Shown: piece after piece, positions 30,443-40,395 of the stretch
How positions within the stretch are numbered: the first letter of the stretch is position 1
How the letters are laid out: every line of letters begins with the position of its first letter
From: Nitrososphaeria archaeon
Lineage (GTDB): Archaea; Thermoproteota; Nitrososphaeria; Nitrososphaerales; Nitrososphaeraceae
NCBI GenBank assembly: GCA_021324715.1
Contig: JAJPIN010000065.1
Location: 1-46,552 of the forward strand
Length of the DNA: 46,552 nucleotides
Direction of reading: 5' to 3'
Program-made: the position numbers and the translations under genes
The notes under the pieces: model-generated
Database searches by the model: none
Seen by the model: the letters and a program-made list of their open reading frames with translations, nothing else
What the model was told of the DNA's origin: nothing

Positions 30443-31111
30443 TTGGTAAAATTGAAAAAAACCAATAGTTTCACCGCTGTGATAAATTTGGTCATGATAG
30501 TAGCAATTTTGTCGTATCCCGAGTCTTTATCTGAATCCAAATCCTTGAGTTTAGAGAATAACCAGAAAATTTTGCAGATATGTTGTACTTGGGGAAAGAG
30601 CCTTAATGATTCTGTTTTGACATTTTATATAAATAATACATACCAGCAAAAAGAGAAGCTGGTAACGAATTCCTTTGACCAGTGGAATTCCAAATTAAAA
30701 TTTGTCAAATTCATGGAAGTTCGCGATCCTTCAAAGGCAGATATTTTGATCATCTTTGACCATAAGGGTGAAGAAACTGTTGGACAAACTACGAGTGTTC
30801 TGGATGAGAATGGTTTCATTAAAAGGGTTAAGATACGTATTTCTGTAAATTTTAATGAAGAACTGATAAATAATGATACTTTGAGTCTCGTATTGAAACA
30901 TGAAATAGGGCATGCACTTGGATTAGGACATTCAAACTTTGATGACCTAATGAATCCAATTGTCAACTACCAAAATAAGATCATTACTACATGTGAGATT
31001 AATGCTGTAGAGCTAGCAAATAGCTGGAAAATCGTTCAAAATCTACAAGAACCAAAATTGCCGGAACTACCAATCGAAAAAACTGTCGACTGTGATTCAG
31101 ATGAAACATAA
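30443..31111 (+). CDS. secreted matrixin-family (M10) zinc metalloprotease
   Basis: Signal peptide, ADI.I.F, HEIGHALGLGH, Met-turn LMNP. Confidence 0.88.
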   Translation: MVKLKKTNSFTAVINLVMIVAILSYPESLSESKSLSLENNQKILQICCTWGKSLNDSVLTFYINNTYQQKEKLVTNSFDQWNSKLKFVKFMEVRDPSKADILIIFDHKGEETVGQTTSVLDENGFIKRVKIRISVNFNEELINNDTLSLVLKHEIGHALGLGHSNFDDLMNPIVNYQNKIITTCEINAVELANSWKIVQNLQEPKLPELPIEKTVDCDSDET

Positions 31112-31255
31112 GAAATGCAATATCATAATCAACTATGATCTTTCTTAATCCGAAAGTACCTAGTATATAGTCAAAGTCCTAGGTTTGATTTTATAATCAT
31201 ACCTTCTTTGTATAACAAAGGATATTTGCTAGTTACATAAATAATATGTTACTAC

Positions 31256-31855
31256 TTGCTTAATAGGTTTAGAGACAAATTAGTTCCAATTACAACGCTA
31301 ATAGGAAATAAATTTGGTTCACTCGGTTTATCGCCAACGTTTTGGAGTGCGATTGCATTTGCGTTAGCCATTTTATCAAGCATTTTCTTTGGTATTTCAG
31401 ATTTCTTGGATGCAAAAGGCATAATGCTTCCGTCGCAAATAATCGCTAGTATAATGCTTCTGATTTCCGGCTTCTTTGACGTCGTGGATGGTAGTGTAGC
31501 TAGAGTATTGAATAGATCTACTCCCAAGGGTGCATTTCTGGATTCCAATTTCGACAAAATTTCTGAAGCTCTAATTTTTATTGGAATAGCAATAGGCGGC
31601 TTATCAAATCCTATTGTAGCCATGATTGCTCTATCATCGTCAATACTAGTCAGTTATCTAAGAGCAAGATCAGAATCACTGGGAATAGAGCTTAAAGGTG
31701 TGGGAGTGGGGGAAAGAGCTGAAAGATTGGTAATTTTATCATTATGTGGCTTAATTCCAATTCCTGGATCGATCCAATGGGGAGTTATAATTATTATTTT
31801 TCTCTCCATCTTTTCCTTCATTCAAAGATTTTGGTTTGTTCTAAAGAGGCTCTAA
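31256..31855 (+). CDS. CDP-alcohol phosphatidyltransferase (archaetidylinositol phosphate synthase-like)
   Basis: D..DG..AR.......G..LD...D motif, SY.RAR.E, ERAER. Confidence 0.92.
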   Translation: MLNRFRDKLVPITTLIGNKFGSLGLSPTFWSAIAFALAILSSIFFGISDFLDAKGIMLPSQIIASIMLLISGFFDVVDGSVARVLNRSTPKGAFLDSNFDKISEALIFIGIAIGGLSNPIVAMIALSSSILVSYLRARSESLGIELKGVGVGERAERLVILSLCGLIPIPGSIQWGVIIIIFLSIFSFIQRFWFVLKRL

Positions 31856-31863
31856 CGATGGTT

Positions 31864-32154
31864 TTATCCCAGTCTTCCAGTTCTTCTGCGATCCATTTCC
31901 GATCTTACTTTTACTATTCCCCTGTGAACAGCGCAAGAAACACAGTAAAATTTGACATCCATTGAAGGTGCAATATATGCTCCTTGAGCTCTTAATTCTT
32001 TTGCCAAAGTGGGTTCTACTAATGTAATTCTACCAGTAACTTTTTTAGCCTTATCTCTAGGAACCATCGCACCGCACTGACTGCAATGAACTGTTCCCGA
32101 GCTTCCCTTTCCACCTTTGGTGCGCCCTCGGCTTGTCCTTTTCTTTGGCATCAT
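31864..32154 (-). CDS. rps26e: 30S ribosomal protein S26e
   Basis: PKKR.S.GR, C..CG..VPRDKA, YCVSCAVH..IV.VRS. Confidence 0.97.
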   Translation of the reverse strand: MMPKKRTSRGRTKGGKGSSGTVHCSQCGAMVPRDKAKKVTGRITLVEPTLAKELRAQGAYIAPSMDVKFYCVSCAVHRGIVKVRSEMDRRRTGRLG

Positions 32155-32243
32155 AGAAATACTATATCATCTTCTTTTAAATCTTCTGATATTGCTAAAA
32201 TCAACATTTATCAAAGCATTAGAATAAATGATGATATTGCATT

Positions 32244-33155
32244 ATGAAGGCTACTATATTATCTAATCTGGTCATAGACGAGATTATTTCCGCAGACCTA
32301 AACTCAACTCAAAGCTTAGGTGGACCTGCTGCTTATTGTGGTATTACCGCAAGAAAATTTGGATTTGATACGACACTCTTTACTCATTTTGGAAAAGATT
32401 TTAATTCCGAATATCTTGAATATTTAAAGAAAGAGGGAATTTCTTTGAATGCTTCAAACCCCCAAAACCCTCCAACAACTCGATTCATTTTAAGGAACTT
32501 TGAAAATTATCGTGAATTAATACTTAAGTCAAAATGTAGTATATTAGATTTTGATGAAATAAAAAATATGAAATCAGATTGCTGGATAATAAGTCCCGTT
32601 ATTGATGAAGTGCCTATTGATATTATGTGCTATTTAGTTTCAGCAAGAAAAGAAAATGAGTTTATTTTATTGGACCCACAAGGTTATACGAGAGCTGTCG
32701 ATTCTAAAGGCAGAATATCAATAAGGAAGGACATCGACATACCCATTAATAATGTAAATGGCATAAAACTGGACGATCAAGAAATCTCATGTTTTACAAA
32801 TGGTCTTCAAGGTATAGATGGGATGAAAAAAATTCACTCAAAATATAAAATAGATTATGTATTACACACACAGGATCAGGTTATTCATCTACTTGAAGGA
32901 GAAAAACACTATTGGTCAAAATTACCAAAAATTGATGCTCCTGACTCTACAGGACTTGGAGATATCATTGGTTCATCATTCGCATTCACTATGCTAAAGG
33001 AAAAAGACTCCGTGTGGGCGTTTTGTTTCGCAGCTGGATCTCTAACAGCTGCGCTCCAAACAAAAGAGGTTGGAATTAAAAAAGTACCTTCCAAACAGGC
33101 GATAGAAGAAAATGCTTCATATTACTACAATATAATGAATTTTGAAATTGTTTAG
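32244..33155 (+). CDS. PfkB/ribokinase-family carbohydrate kinase
   Basis: LGGPAAY, LDPQG..R, DSTGLGD. Confidence 0.85.
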   Translation: MKATILSNLVIDEIISADLNSTQSLGGPAAYCGITARKFGFDTTLFTHFGKDFNSEYLEYLKKEGISLNASNPQNPPTTRFILRNFENYRELILKSKCSILDFDEIKNMKSDCWIISPVIDEVPIDIMCYLVSARKENEFILLDPQGYTRAVDSKGRISIRKDIDIPINNVNGIKLDDQEISCFTNGLQGIDGMKKIHSKYKIDYVLHTQDQVIHLLEGEKHYWSKLPKIDAPDSTGLGDIIGSSFAFTMLKEKDSVWAFCFAAGSLTAALQTKEVGIKKVPSKQAIEENASYYYNIMNFEIV

Positions 33156-33210
33156 CAGAGTCATAAATCAGGTTTAAATTTGAGTGTCTGTTCACTTTTA
33201 ATTACTTAAA

Positions 33211-34218
33211 ATGAAAGTGGCTATCTCAAGTCTAAGCTCCAGAGACGATAGTCTGACAAGCAAAATCAAGAAAATTTTAGATGATGAAAGCATCTCTTCA
33301 GAGATAATTTATAGATCAGAAAAAACGGTTACTCCAAATGTAGATATTGTGATTACTGCCGGTGGGGATCGAGCGATACTAGATTATTCACACTATATTA
33401 AGGATTTCTCTGTACCAGTACTGGGGATATATGAATCAGATTCAACCGGATTTTTAGGCCAGATTGACGTAACGGATTTAAAAAAGTCTATAAGCAGAAT
33501 AAAGAAAGGCGATTATGAAATAGATGATGTATGCAGACTTTCTGTTAATGTCGATGGTAAAGAAGTTGAACCTGTTCTTAACGATATTTCTCTCTTTCCA
33601 AGAAAAAGTGCAACTCTGATGGAATATATTTTGAAAATTAATAGCAATGATATCTGGCATGATAACAGCGACGGAGTTATCATTTCTACTCCAATTGGAT
33701 CGACAGCTTATGGTATGTCTGCAGGAGGTCCTATGGTTTTACAAAGGTCTCAGGTATTTGTCATTGTTCCAGTTAATTCTATGGACAATACCCGCAGACC
33801 TCTTATAGTCCCGAATACCGATAGATTAGAAATTGCAGATATACTGTGTAGGTACTTGTGTGAAGTAATCTTGGATGGAGGTAACAGGGTAGCCGTTCGA
33901 AAAAATATTGTGTGTGAAAAACATGAATTTCCAGCAAGATTTGTAAGATTGATCAAGCATTCTCCCATGGATATTATCGCTAAAAAAGTCAAGTTGGCCG
34001 AAGAGTTACTTGATATGCCACCAAGTGCCAAGTTGATTTTAAAAACACTTGAATATGAGGGGGAAATGAGTCAAAAGGATTTAAGCAAGAGAACGATGCT
34101 TCCAGAGAGAACAATAAGGTTGTCATTGAGCCATCTTATCCAGCGTGGCTATGTTAGGAAAAAGACCTCGTTACGTGATGCTAGACAAAAAACATACGAG
34201 TTAAACCTAAGACTGTGA
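33211..34218 (+). CDS. NAD kinase-family protein with C-terminal winged HTH
   Basis: GGDR (for GGDG), GFL, LND, DG.IISTP.GSTAY.MSAGGP; C-terminus PPSAKLILKTLE..G.MSQKDL...T.LPERTIR..L..L...G. Confidence 0.85.
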   Translation: MKVAISSLSSRDDSLTSKIKKILDDESISSEIIYRSEKTVTPNVDIVITAGGDRAILDYSHYIKDFSVPVLGIYESDSTGFLGQIDVTDLKKSISRIKKGDYEIDDVCRLSVNVDGKEVEPVLNDISLFPRKSATLMEYILKINSNDIWHDNSDGVIISTPIGSTAYGMSAGGPMVLQRSQVFVIVPVNSMDNTRRPLIVPNTDRLEIADILCRYLCEVILDGGNRVAVRKNIVCEKHEFPARFVRLIKHSPMDIIAKKVKLAEELLDMPPSAKLILKTLEYEGEMSQKDLSKRTMLPERTIRLSLSHLIQRGYVRKKTSLRDARQKTYELNLRL

Positions 34219-34220
34219 CT

Positions 34221-35843
34221 TTAGATGCAGGAAGTTATGAATGACTTAAAAGCTTCTTCGGGCCTGCCTGGTATACTGCTAAATTCAGAATGATATTGTA
34301 CTGCAAAAAAGAACTTATTTGTTGGAATTTCAACAATTTCGATTCTTTTTCCCATATCTGAATGACCTGATAACACCATTCCTTTTTCTTCAATTATTCG
34401 TTGATAATCCTGATTAAATTCAAATCTATGTCTATGTCTTCGCTGGATTTTGTTATTCTTGTATATCGTCTTGGCCAGTGTATTGGGCAGTATTGTTATA
34501 TCATGTTTTCCCAATCTCATTGAACCACCGAGGCTTAGAGCATGTTCCTGTTCTGGCATAAATTTTACCAATGAATTGTTGTCATCAGGATTAAACTCCT
34601 GGGAACTAGCTTCAGATATACCGCACTGGTTTCTTGCGAACTCAATTAGTGATAATTGAAAACCAAAACAGATTCCTAAAAATGGTATATCATTCTCCCT
34701 TACATAGTTAATTGAGTTAATTATTCCTTCACTTCCCCTAGTTCCAAATCCTCCCGGAACAAGTATCCCATCAAATTTGTTCAAAAATTTCACCTCCTCC
34801 CTATATCCATTTTCAAACTTTTCAGAATCAATCCATTCAACATGTAATTTCTTCCCTAATTTTGCAGATGAGTGCAGCAACGCTTGATATACGCTCACAT
34901 AACTATCTGGTAAATTTACATATTTTCCAACAATTCCTATGTTGACATTTCCTGAAAAATTAATGAACGAATTTGTGACCTTTCTCCATTCAGCCCATTT
35001 TATGATACGATTTTGCAGATAAAGTTTGTCCGAGATCACATCAATTATTCCCTGATCTTTCAGTACTTTTGGGACATCATAAATCGATGAACAATCATGG
35101 CATGATATAACGCATTGCTCTTTGATGCTGGCAAACATTGAAATTTTGTGTCTTGCTTCTTTGTTCAATGGGTTTTGACATCTAACTGCTAGTATGTACG
35201 GATGAATTCCAATCCTTCTAAGTTCCTGAACGCTGTGTTGTGTGGGTTTGGTTTTTTGTTCACCAACTACGTCCAAAATTGGCGCTAATGTGACATGTAT
35301 GAATAGAGTTTCTGAATCGCCCTCTTCCAACTCCATTTGTCTAAAAGATTCTAGAAAGGGTAGACTCTCTATGTCACCAACTGTACCGCCACATTCAACA
35401 ACTAAAACATCGTAACCTTTAGCCAAGCTTTTCAAACTCTTCTTTATTACGTCAGTTACATGAGGAATTATCTGTACACATTGGCCAAGGTACTTCCCTT
35501 CTCTTTCGGCCTTTATTACATCAGAATAGATCCTTCCAGTAGTAATATTATGCCATTTTGTCATAGGAACATTAAGAAATCTCTCATAATTTCCCATATC
35601 CATATCACATTCGCCGCCATCTTCTGTAACAAAGACCTCTCCATGTGCGGTAGGGTTCATAGTTCCTGCGTCGTAATTTACATACGGATCAATTTTCGTG
35701 CAAGTTACGTTTAAGCCGGTTAGCTGGAGTAGCTTTGCCACGGAAGAAGCAACTATTCCTTTTCCAAGACCTGACATCACTCCTCCAGTAATAAAAATGA
35801 ATTTTGGAAATTTGTTATTGGGTTTAATGTATCTATTCCGCAC
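34221..35843 (-). CDS. pyrG: CTP synthase
   Basis: [48 protein letters not shown]. Confidence 0.97.
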   Translation of the reverse strand: MRNRYIKPNNKFPKFIFITGGVMSGLGKGIVASSVAKLLQLTGLNVTCTKIDPYVNYDAGTMNPTAHGEVFVTEDGGECDMDMGNYERFLNVPMTKWHNITTGRIYSDVIKAEREGKYLGQCVQIIPHVTDVIKKSLKSLAKGYDVLVVECGGTVGDIESLPFLESFRQMELEEGDSETLFIHVTLAPILDVVGEQKTKPTQHSVQELRRIGIHPYILAVRCQNPLNKEARHKISMFASIKEQCVISCHDCSSIYDVPKVLKDQGIIDVISDKLYLQNRIIKWAEWRKVTNSFINFSGNVNIGIVGKYVNLPDSYVSVYQALLHSSAKLGKKLHVEWIDSEKFENGYREEVKFLNKFDGILVPGGFGTRGSEGIINSINYVRENDIPFLGICFGFQLSLIEFARNQCGISEASSQEFNPDDNNSLVKFMPEQEHALSLGGSMRLGKHDITILPNTLAKTIYKNNKIQRRHRHRFEFNQDYQRIIEEKGMVLSGHSDMGKRIEIVEIPTNKFFFAVQYHSEFSSIPGRPEEAFKSFITSCI

Positions 35844-35988
35844 ATTAGACTTTATTTTATCACCTTTTTAATCGTTTTCAGATAATTTCGGACTATCTTA
35901 AAACTTGCTGTTATTAACAGAAGTTAACGATCTATTTTCAACAATAGCATATTATGATATGCTTATTTCTGATGTGAAGAAAATTATT

Positions 35989-36279
35989 TTACGATTGTCC
36001 GATATAACCTACATTTGCAAAAAAACCGAGTATTGCATTCACATATTCATTATCTCTGTTAAGATGGTACATAGAATTTGCCATTCTTTTTTCCTTAATC
36101 CAATCAATGCTGAGTAGATCTTTAAGATTTCGTTTGATATCTTCCCTTTTTAGCCCTGTTCTTTTATGGAGAACATAAATAGTTACCATTTTATTTTCTT
36201 CAGCCAATGCTTTAATTATCTTGATTTTGCCGATCGTTCCAATTCCATTTTCTATAATGGTCTTGCTATCGAAATCCAT
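35989..36279 (-). CDS. small winged-HTH protein coupled to cdc6
   Basis: IY.L.KRTGL....I.RNL..L....WI pattern; ATG overlaps the cdc6 stop (TAATG). Confidence 0.75.
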   Translation of the reverse strand: MDFDSKTIIENGIGTIGKIKIIKALAEENKMVTIYVLHKRTGLKREDIKRNLKDLLSIDWIKEKRMANSMYHLNRDNEYVNAILGFFANVGYIGQS

Positions 36280-37436
36280 TATTTTTTATTTATCTGATGT
36301 TCTAATAAAGGTTCTAATTCAGCTAAAGATGTTATGTTCATTCCTATTTCTTTTAATGATTTCATTTCGATTATTTTTCTCTCAAGAAGATCGTTCATGT
36401 AATCCTCGAATTCAAATTTTTTTATCTTATGCTCATCGGCCAGTTCTAGTGCGTACATCCTAATTTCCTTCAATTCGATATATTGCCTTTTTCTTTTATT
36501 TTGAACTTTTACAATGGCCATCAACGTAAGGATATGACTCTTCGGAAGTTCTTCTAAATCTTCAATTGTAATCGATGCCTTATTGTAACCATGCACTTTG
36601 CGAATTTGGTCTAATGTGATTCGATCACTTCCGTTGGCTTCTGCTAGATTGCCTGCATACAAGAGGAGGTCCAACGCATACCTCACATCTCCTCCCACCT
36701 GCGAAGATGTCGTTATAAGTGACACTTCATCGATAATATCAGCCCCAACAACATTAGGATTGAATGACTCTGAAGATCTTGTAACGAGAATGTCACTTAT
36801 TTGATCTATTGAATAAGGTAGAAATTCGATCGGTAGTCGCCCTAAGGTGCTCAATTCTGTACTGTCAATTTTGTCATGAAAATCAGTACTTCTCGCTATG
36901 AAGATAACACCTACTACATTACAGTGCCTCGATAAATCAAATTCATTAAGGCGTGTAAAATCGTAAATAATGCCACTATCTTTGTTCGACCTTATCAAAA
37001 ACTCAATTTCGTCAAGAATAATCAATGTATATAATTTGTTCTCATGCAAGTATGAAAGAAGATACCTTAACATCTCTTCGGCGCTAAGGCCTTGTGATGG
37101 AAGTTCTGGGGCTATTTTTTCCAAAAGGAACCTATAAATGGCATATTTATTACCTCCTTGTAATTTTAGATTTATATAAGCAACTTTAAGTGTTAATCCA
37201 GATTCTTTAAAATCACGTTCCAGTGTGTTCGAAAATTTTAATATTGTAGATGTCTTTCCAATTCCTGACCTTCCTACTATATGTGGAGTCGACAATAAGA
37301 ATTCGTCTGGTTTTTTGTATGAATCTTTAAACATTGTTTGAAGCAACGATATCTCTTTTTCCCTATGATGAATCTCATCGGGTATGTATCTTGGGGATAG
37401 CTTGGACCTATCAAGGAATAACTTACTTTCTGGCAA
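36279..37436 (-). CDS. cdc6: Cdc6/Orc1 replication initiator
   Basis: L.P.YIP....HRE, Walker A GRSGIGKT, Walker B ILDEIE, GDVRYALDLL. Confidence 0.93.
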   Translation of the reverse strand: MPESKLFLDRSKLSPRYIPDEIHHREKEISLLQTMFKDSYKKPDEFLLSTPHIVGRSGIGKTSTILKFSNTLERDFKESGLTLKVAYINLKLQGGNKYAIYRFLLEKIAPELPSQGLSAEEMLRYLLSYLHENKLYTLIILDEIEFLIRSNKDSGIIYDFTRLNEFDLSRHCNVVGVIFIARSTDFHDKIDSTELSTLGRLPIEFLPYSIDQISDILVTRSSESFNPNVVGADIIDEVSLITTSSQVGGDVRYALDLLLYAGNLAEANGSDRITLDQIRKVHGYNKASITIEDLEELPKSHILTLMAIVKVQNKRKRQYIELKEIRMYALELADEHKIKKFEFEDYMNDLLERKIIEMKSLKEIGMNITSLAELEPLLEHQINKK

Positions 37437-37643
37437 TTCTCAAATAGAGTCATAACGTGTTGATAATATATTTATTAATTATTCGTCAGTATTTGGCCAT
37501 CTCAAATTAACCGCTTTTTTCATTTTTGATTTGTAATTGGATATCTTTTACCCAGTTCAATAGTTCCCAAATACCACGATAAAATTTGTAACTGATAGCT
37601 CAGTGTTTAATGAAATTGGCCAAATGGGAATTCCCTATACGAT

Positions 37644-37898
37644 TTAATCATTAGGTTGATTGTAATTTTTGTGCTCACTATATCTTCTTGTAAGCTCTTT
37701 ATCAATTTCTTCAAACTTGATTAATTCGCCCCGACGGCCAGGAGTCTTCAATGCTTGCTGGACAACCAATTTTCTTTCATCTTCTAATTCATTATAACCA
37801 AGATAAGTGTCATAGATTCTTTGTTTCATACTCCTAAGGTAGCTGCTGTATCGTTCCCTAAAATCAGCTTCAATATAGGAAATAGTGCTAACTGCCAA
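37644..37898 (-). CDS. hypothetical protein
   Basis: 84 aa charged helical ORF, TATA-like AATATAT about 25 nt upstream. Confidence 0.7.
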   Translation of the reverse strand: MAVSTISYIEADFRERYSSYLRSMKQRIYDTYLGYNELEDERKLVVQQALKTPGRRGELIKFEEIDKELTRRYSEHKNYNQPND

Positions 37899-38097
37899 TT
37901 ATGTTCTCGTCCACGGCATCATATATTATTCACACCTATAAGAATCCACTGTTTTACTATGAAGGCAAAGATAACTAAGAGACGGTAACTTACCTACTGC
38001 CATCTTATTAACGTTTGATCGGATGTACTCGTGTGATTTTTGAATCTTAATAATTTTAAGAGTTGGCCAGACTAGAAAGACATCCTTACGACACCGA

Positions 38098-38268
38098 TCA
38101 AATAGAGCTATCGGGAATCTTGATCTTACAGTCTTTGTTTGTAAATTCTCTACATTTGGAACTGTGTCGCCATTGGCCGTTGTTAAAATATTCCAAATGT
38201 CTGGCATTATCTCTGTCAGTACTTATACGTTCTTGGCCATTCTTGGTAGCAGTTGATTTTGCCATCAT
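38098..38268 (-). CDS. small hypothetical protein (about 55 aa)
   Basis: GAGGAG SD precedes ATG ATG (38268/38265); H..C..C residues. Confidence 0.6.
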   Translation of the reverse strand: MMAKSTATKNGQERISTDRDNARHLEYFNNGQWRHSSKCREFTNKDCKIKIPDSSI

Positions 38269-38534
38269 TTCGACTCCTCTTCTCATAATAACCAACTAGA
38301 GTTATTTAACATTCCATAAAAACCTTGACTCTCTTCCTGACATTTACAATACTATTTGTTGGTTCTGGGTAAAAATCTCAAATAGTAATAAACTTAGGCA
38401 TATAGTATTAAATAAAGTATCAAATATACAATTAATTGTATTTATTTCAATATTATAGTAAAACAGCGAAATTCATGGAAGCATCTCATCATTAAATGAT
38501 GTATTATTATATCTACGAATTGTAGGCTCGTTAA

Positions 38535-38645
38535 ATGGAAAAATTATGTCAAATATGTAATAAAAATAAAATTGAAGTTTATCAGCTAGAATTTGAAGGA
38601 TGCTTTGAGTATTGGATGAATAAAACGACCCCAGGCATCTATTAG
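38535..38645 (+). CDS. 36-aa micro-protein, degenerate CxxC zinc-finger-like (below ORF-track cutoff)
   Basis: MEKLCQICNKNKIEVYQLEFEGCFEYWMNKTTPGIY*; TATA TTATTATA about 25-30 nt upstream. Confidence 0.5.
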   Translation: MEKLCQICNKNKIEVYQLEFEGCFEYWMNKTTPGIY

Positions 38646-38753
38646 AGATACTCTTAAATTCTATATACTAGTAAAATTGTCAGAATTTATATTTGTAGTT
38701 TGTATCTGATAACAAGTAACGATTATATAATTAATCAGATTTATTGATGAACT

Positions 38754-39014
38754 ATGAAAGAAGCAAGATTTCTAAAAATACTTATTGAGGAGAAGGGACT
38801 AGTAAGGTTGTTAAAGACAATAGGCACTGGAAGGGGATACTCAACTAGAGAACTGCTTACCAAGTTGGGTGCGTACGGATACGGACACAAACTGCTCCTT
38901 AAGGCACAAAAGCGCGGACTTGTATCTCGAAAGACCGTTCAGAATAAGGTATACAACAGTCTGACAGAAGACGGAAAAAAAATAGTGAAACTAGCAAAAG
39001 AGATTGGTGTCTAA
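38754..39014 (+). CDS. small basic winged-helix DNA-binding protein
   Basis: GLV.R......Y.SLTE.GK wHTH wing motif, very K/R-rich; TTATATAA TATA about 30 nt upstream (leaderless). Confidence 0.8.
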   Translation: MKEARFLKILIEEKGLVRLLKTIGTGRGYSTRELLTKLGAYGYGHKLLLKAQKRGLVSRKTVQNKVYNSLTEDGKKIVKLAKEIGV

Positions 39015-39024
39015 AGACTCTTAT

Positions 39025-39151
39025 TTTCGCTTTTACGGCAGGTCAAGGACCAAGCGAAAGTTGACTTAAAATGATTGGTTGGCGCTAACTTATTTGGAGG
39101 GTGCACCAACCAACGAGTTTTGCATCACCATTTCAAGAGGGATTGGGTGAT
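39025..39151 (-). ncRNA. candidate three-hairpin small RNA
   Basis: Three consecutive stems with C/U-rich loops; CTTAAATA at 39180-39173 sits about 30 nt before the first stem; strand not certain. Confidence 0.45.
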
Positions 39152-39549
39152 AAATCTAATTCGACATGATTCTATTTAAGAATCTGAGTTTTTGTACCAA
39201 TTTCGTGCATAATTGTGATTTCTATTGCACGTTAATAGGTAATATTTGATTGTTTGAATCGTAATTAATCTATTTTATACCCTACTCCCTTCTCCTATGC
39301 TTTCATTTTGGACTTTGCTCCAAGATTTTTCAGTGTCTTGCGGAAGGGGGATAATTAATGGCAAACTGAAGGATACAAATTGAATATAATACACTATTAT
39401 CTCCTCAAGTCGACCTATGCGGCATAAGCTTTCATTTCAAAAATAGGTTAATTAAGAGAAGTCCCGTTAAATATTCATATAAATTGCACCGCTTATACAG
39501 TTCAAATACAGTTATATGATTAAGACAGGCATTACTGTCAGATGTCACC

Positions 39550-40368
39550 TTGAGTAAATTTTTTTCTAGACAAACGGGGCTTAAAACATTAGCCGACAAT
39601 TCTTACAAAGCGATCAATCAAGGTTTGTATAATGTAGATAAGTACGATTATGGCAGTCATTCTGTAATCTCACTTAAAAAAGTAATATTGTCTTGTAGTC
39701 ATATTCCCATAATTTCAGAAATTAAATTTGCATCTCCGTCTAAAGGTAGAATTCTTGATCAATCAAAAATAGATCCGAAGGATTTAGCCATAATGATGAC
39801 TAATTCTGGATCAGTCGGAATTTCTGTTGTAACTCAACCCTACTTATTTGATGGGTCCATTGATAATCTTGCATCTATTAGAAAAAGTGTCACTGTCCCT
39901 TTATTAATGAAGGATATTATAGTTAGCGAGGTTCAAATTGATGCAGCAAAGAGAATAGGCGCAGATTGCATCTTGTTGATAAAATCAGTATTCGATAAGG
40001 GATTCAGCGAAGGAAGTCTAGAAAAATTTTCTGATTATGCCATGAAAAAAGGCCTTGAAGTCATTACCGAAGTTCACTCAGAAGATGAGTTTGGAGAAGT
40101 CATGCGGAATAAGGGGCAGCTTATTGGCATTAATAATAGAAATTTAAATACTCTTGAAGTTGATATTAACGTTACTATTACGCTCCTACAAAACTTCGAC
40201 AAACAGAACAATATTATAATAAGTGAAAGTGGAATATCTAAATCAGATGAGATTTCGAAACTAAAATCAATCGGAGTTGATGCATTTCTAGTTGGTACAA
40301 GCATTATGGAATCAGAGAACGTTATTGAAAAGATAAAGGAGTTATGTCATGCTCAAAATATTATGTAA
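39550..40368 (+). CDS. trpC: indole-3-glycerol phosphate synthase
   Basis: ISEIKFASPSKG, P.L.KD, GAD..LLI, EVH, GINNRNL, SESGI, LVGTS.M. Confidence 0.95.
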   Translation: MSKFFSRQTGLKTLADNSYKAINQGLYNVDKYDYGSHSVISLKKVILSCSHIPIISEIKFASPSKGRILDQSKIDPKDLAIMMTNSGSVGISVVTQPYLFDGSIDNLASIRKSVTVPLLMKDIIVSEVQIDAAKRIGADCILLIKSVFDKGFSEGSLEKFSDYAMKKGLEVITEVHSEDEFGEVMRNKGQLIGINNRNLNTLEVDINVTITLLQNFDKQNNIIISESGISKSDEISKLKSIGVDAFLVGTSIMESENVIEKIKELCHAQNIM

Positions 40369-40395
40369 AAATGTAAATATAGTGAGTTTTTAACT

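Noticed and set aside
37926-38299. 93-aa minus ORF and 78-aa plus ORF
   Set aside because: They overlap the SD-supported 38098-38268 ORF and have no better signals
39071-39088. MIGWR* as a trp leader peptide with attenuator hairpins
   Set aside because: Single Trp codon, about 460 nt from trpC, with no mutually exclusive terminator/antiterminator evident
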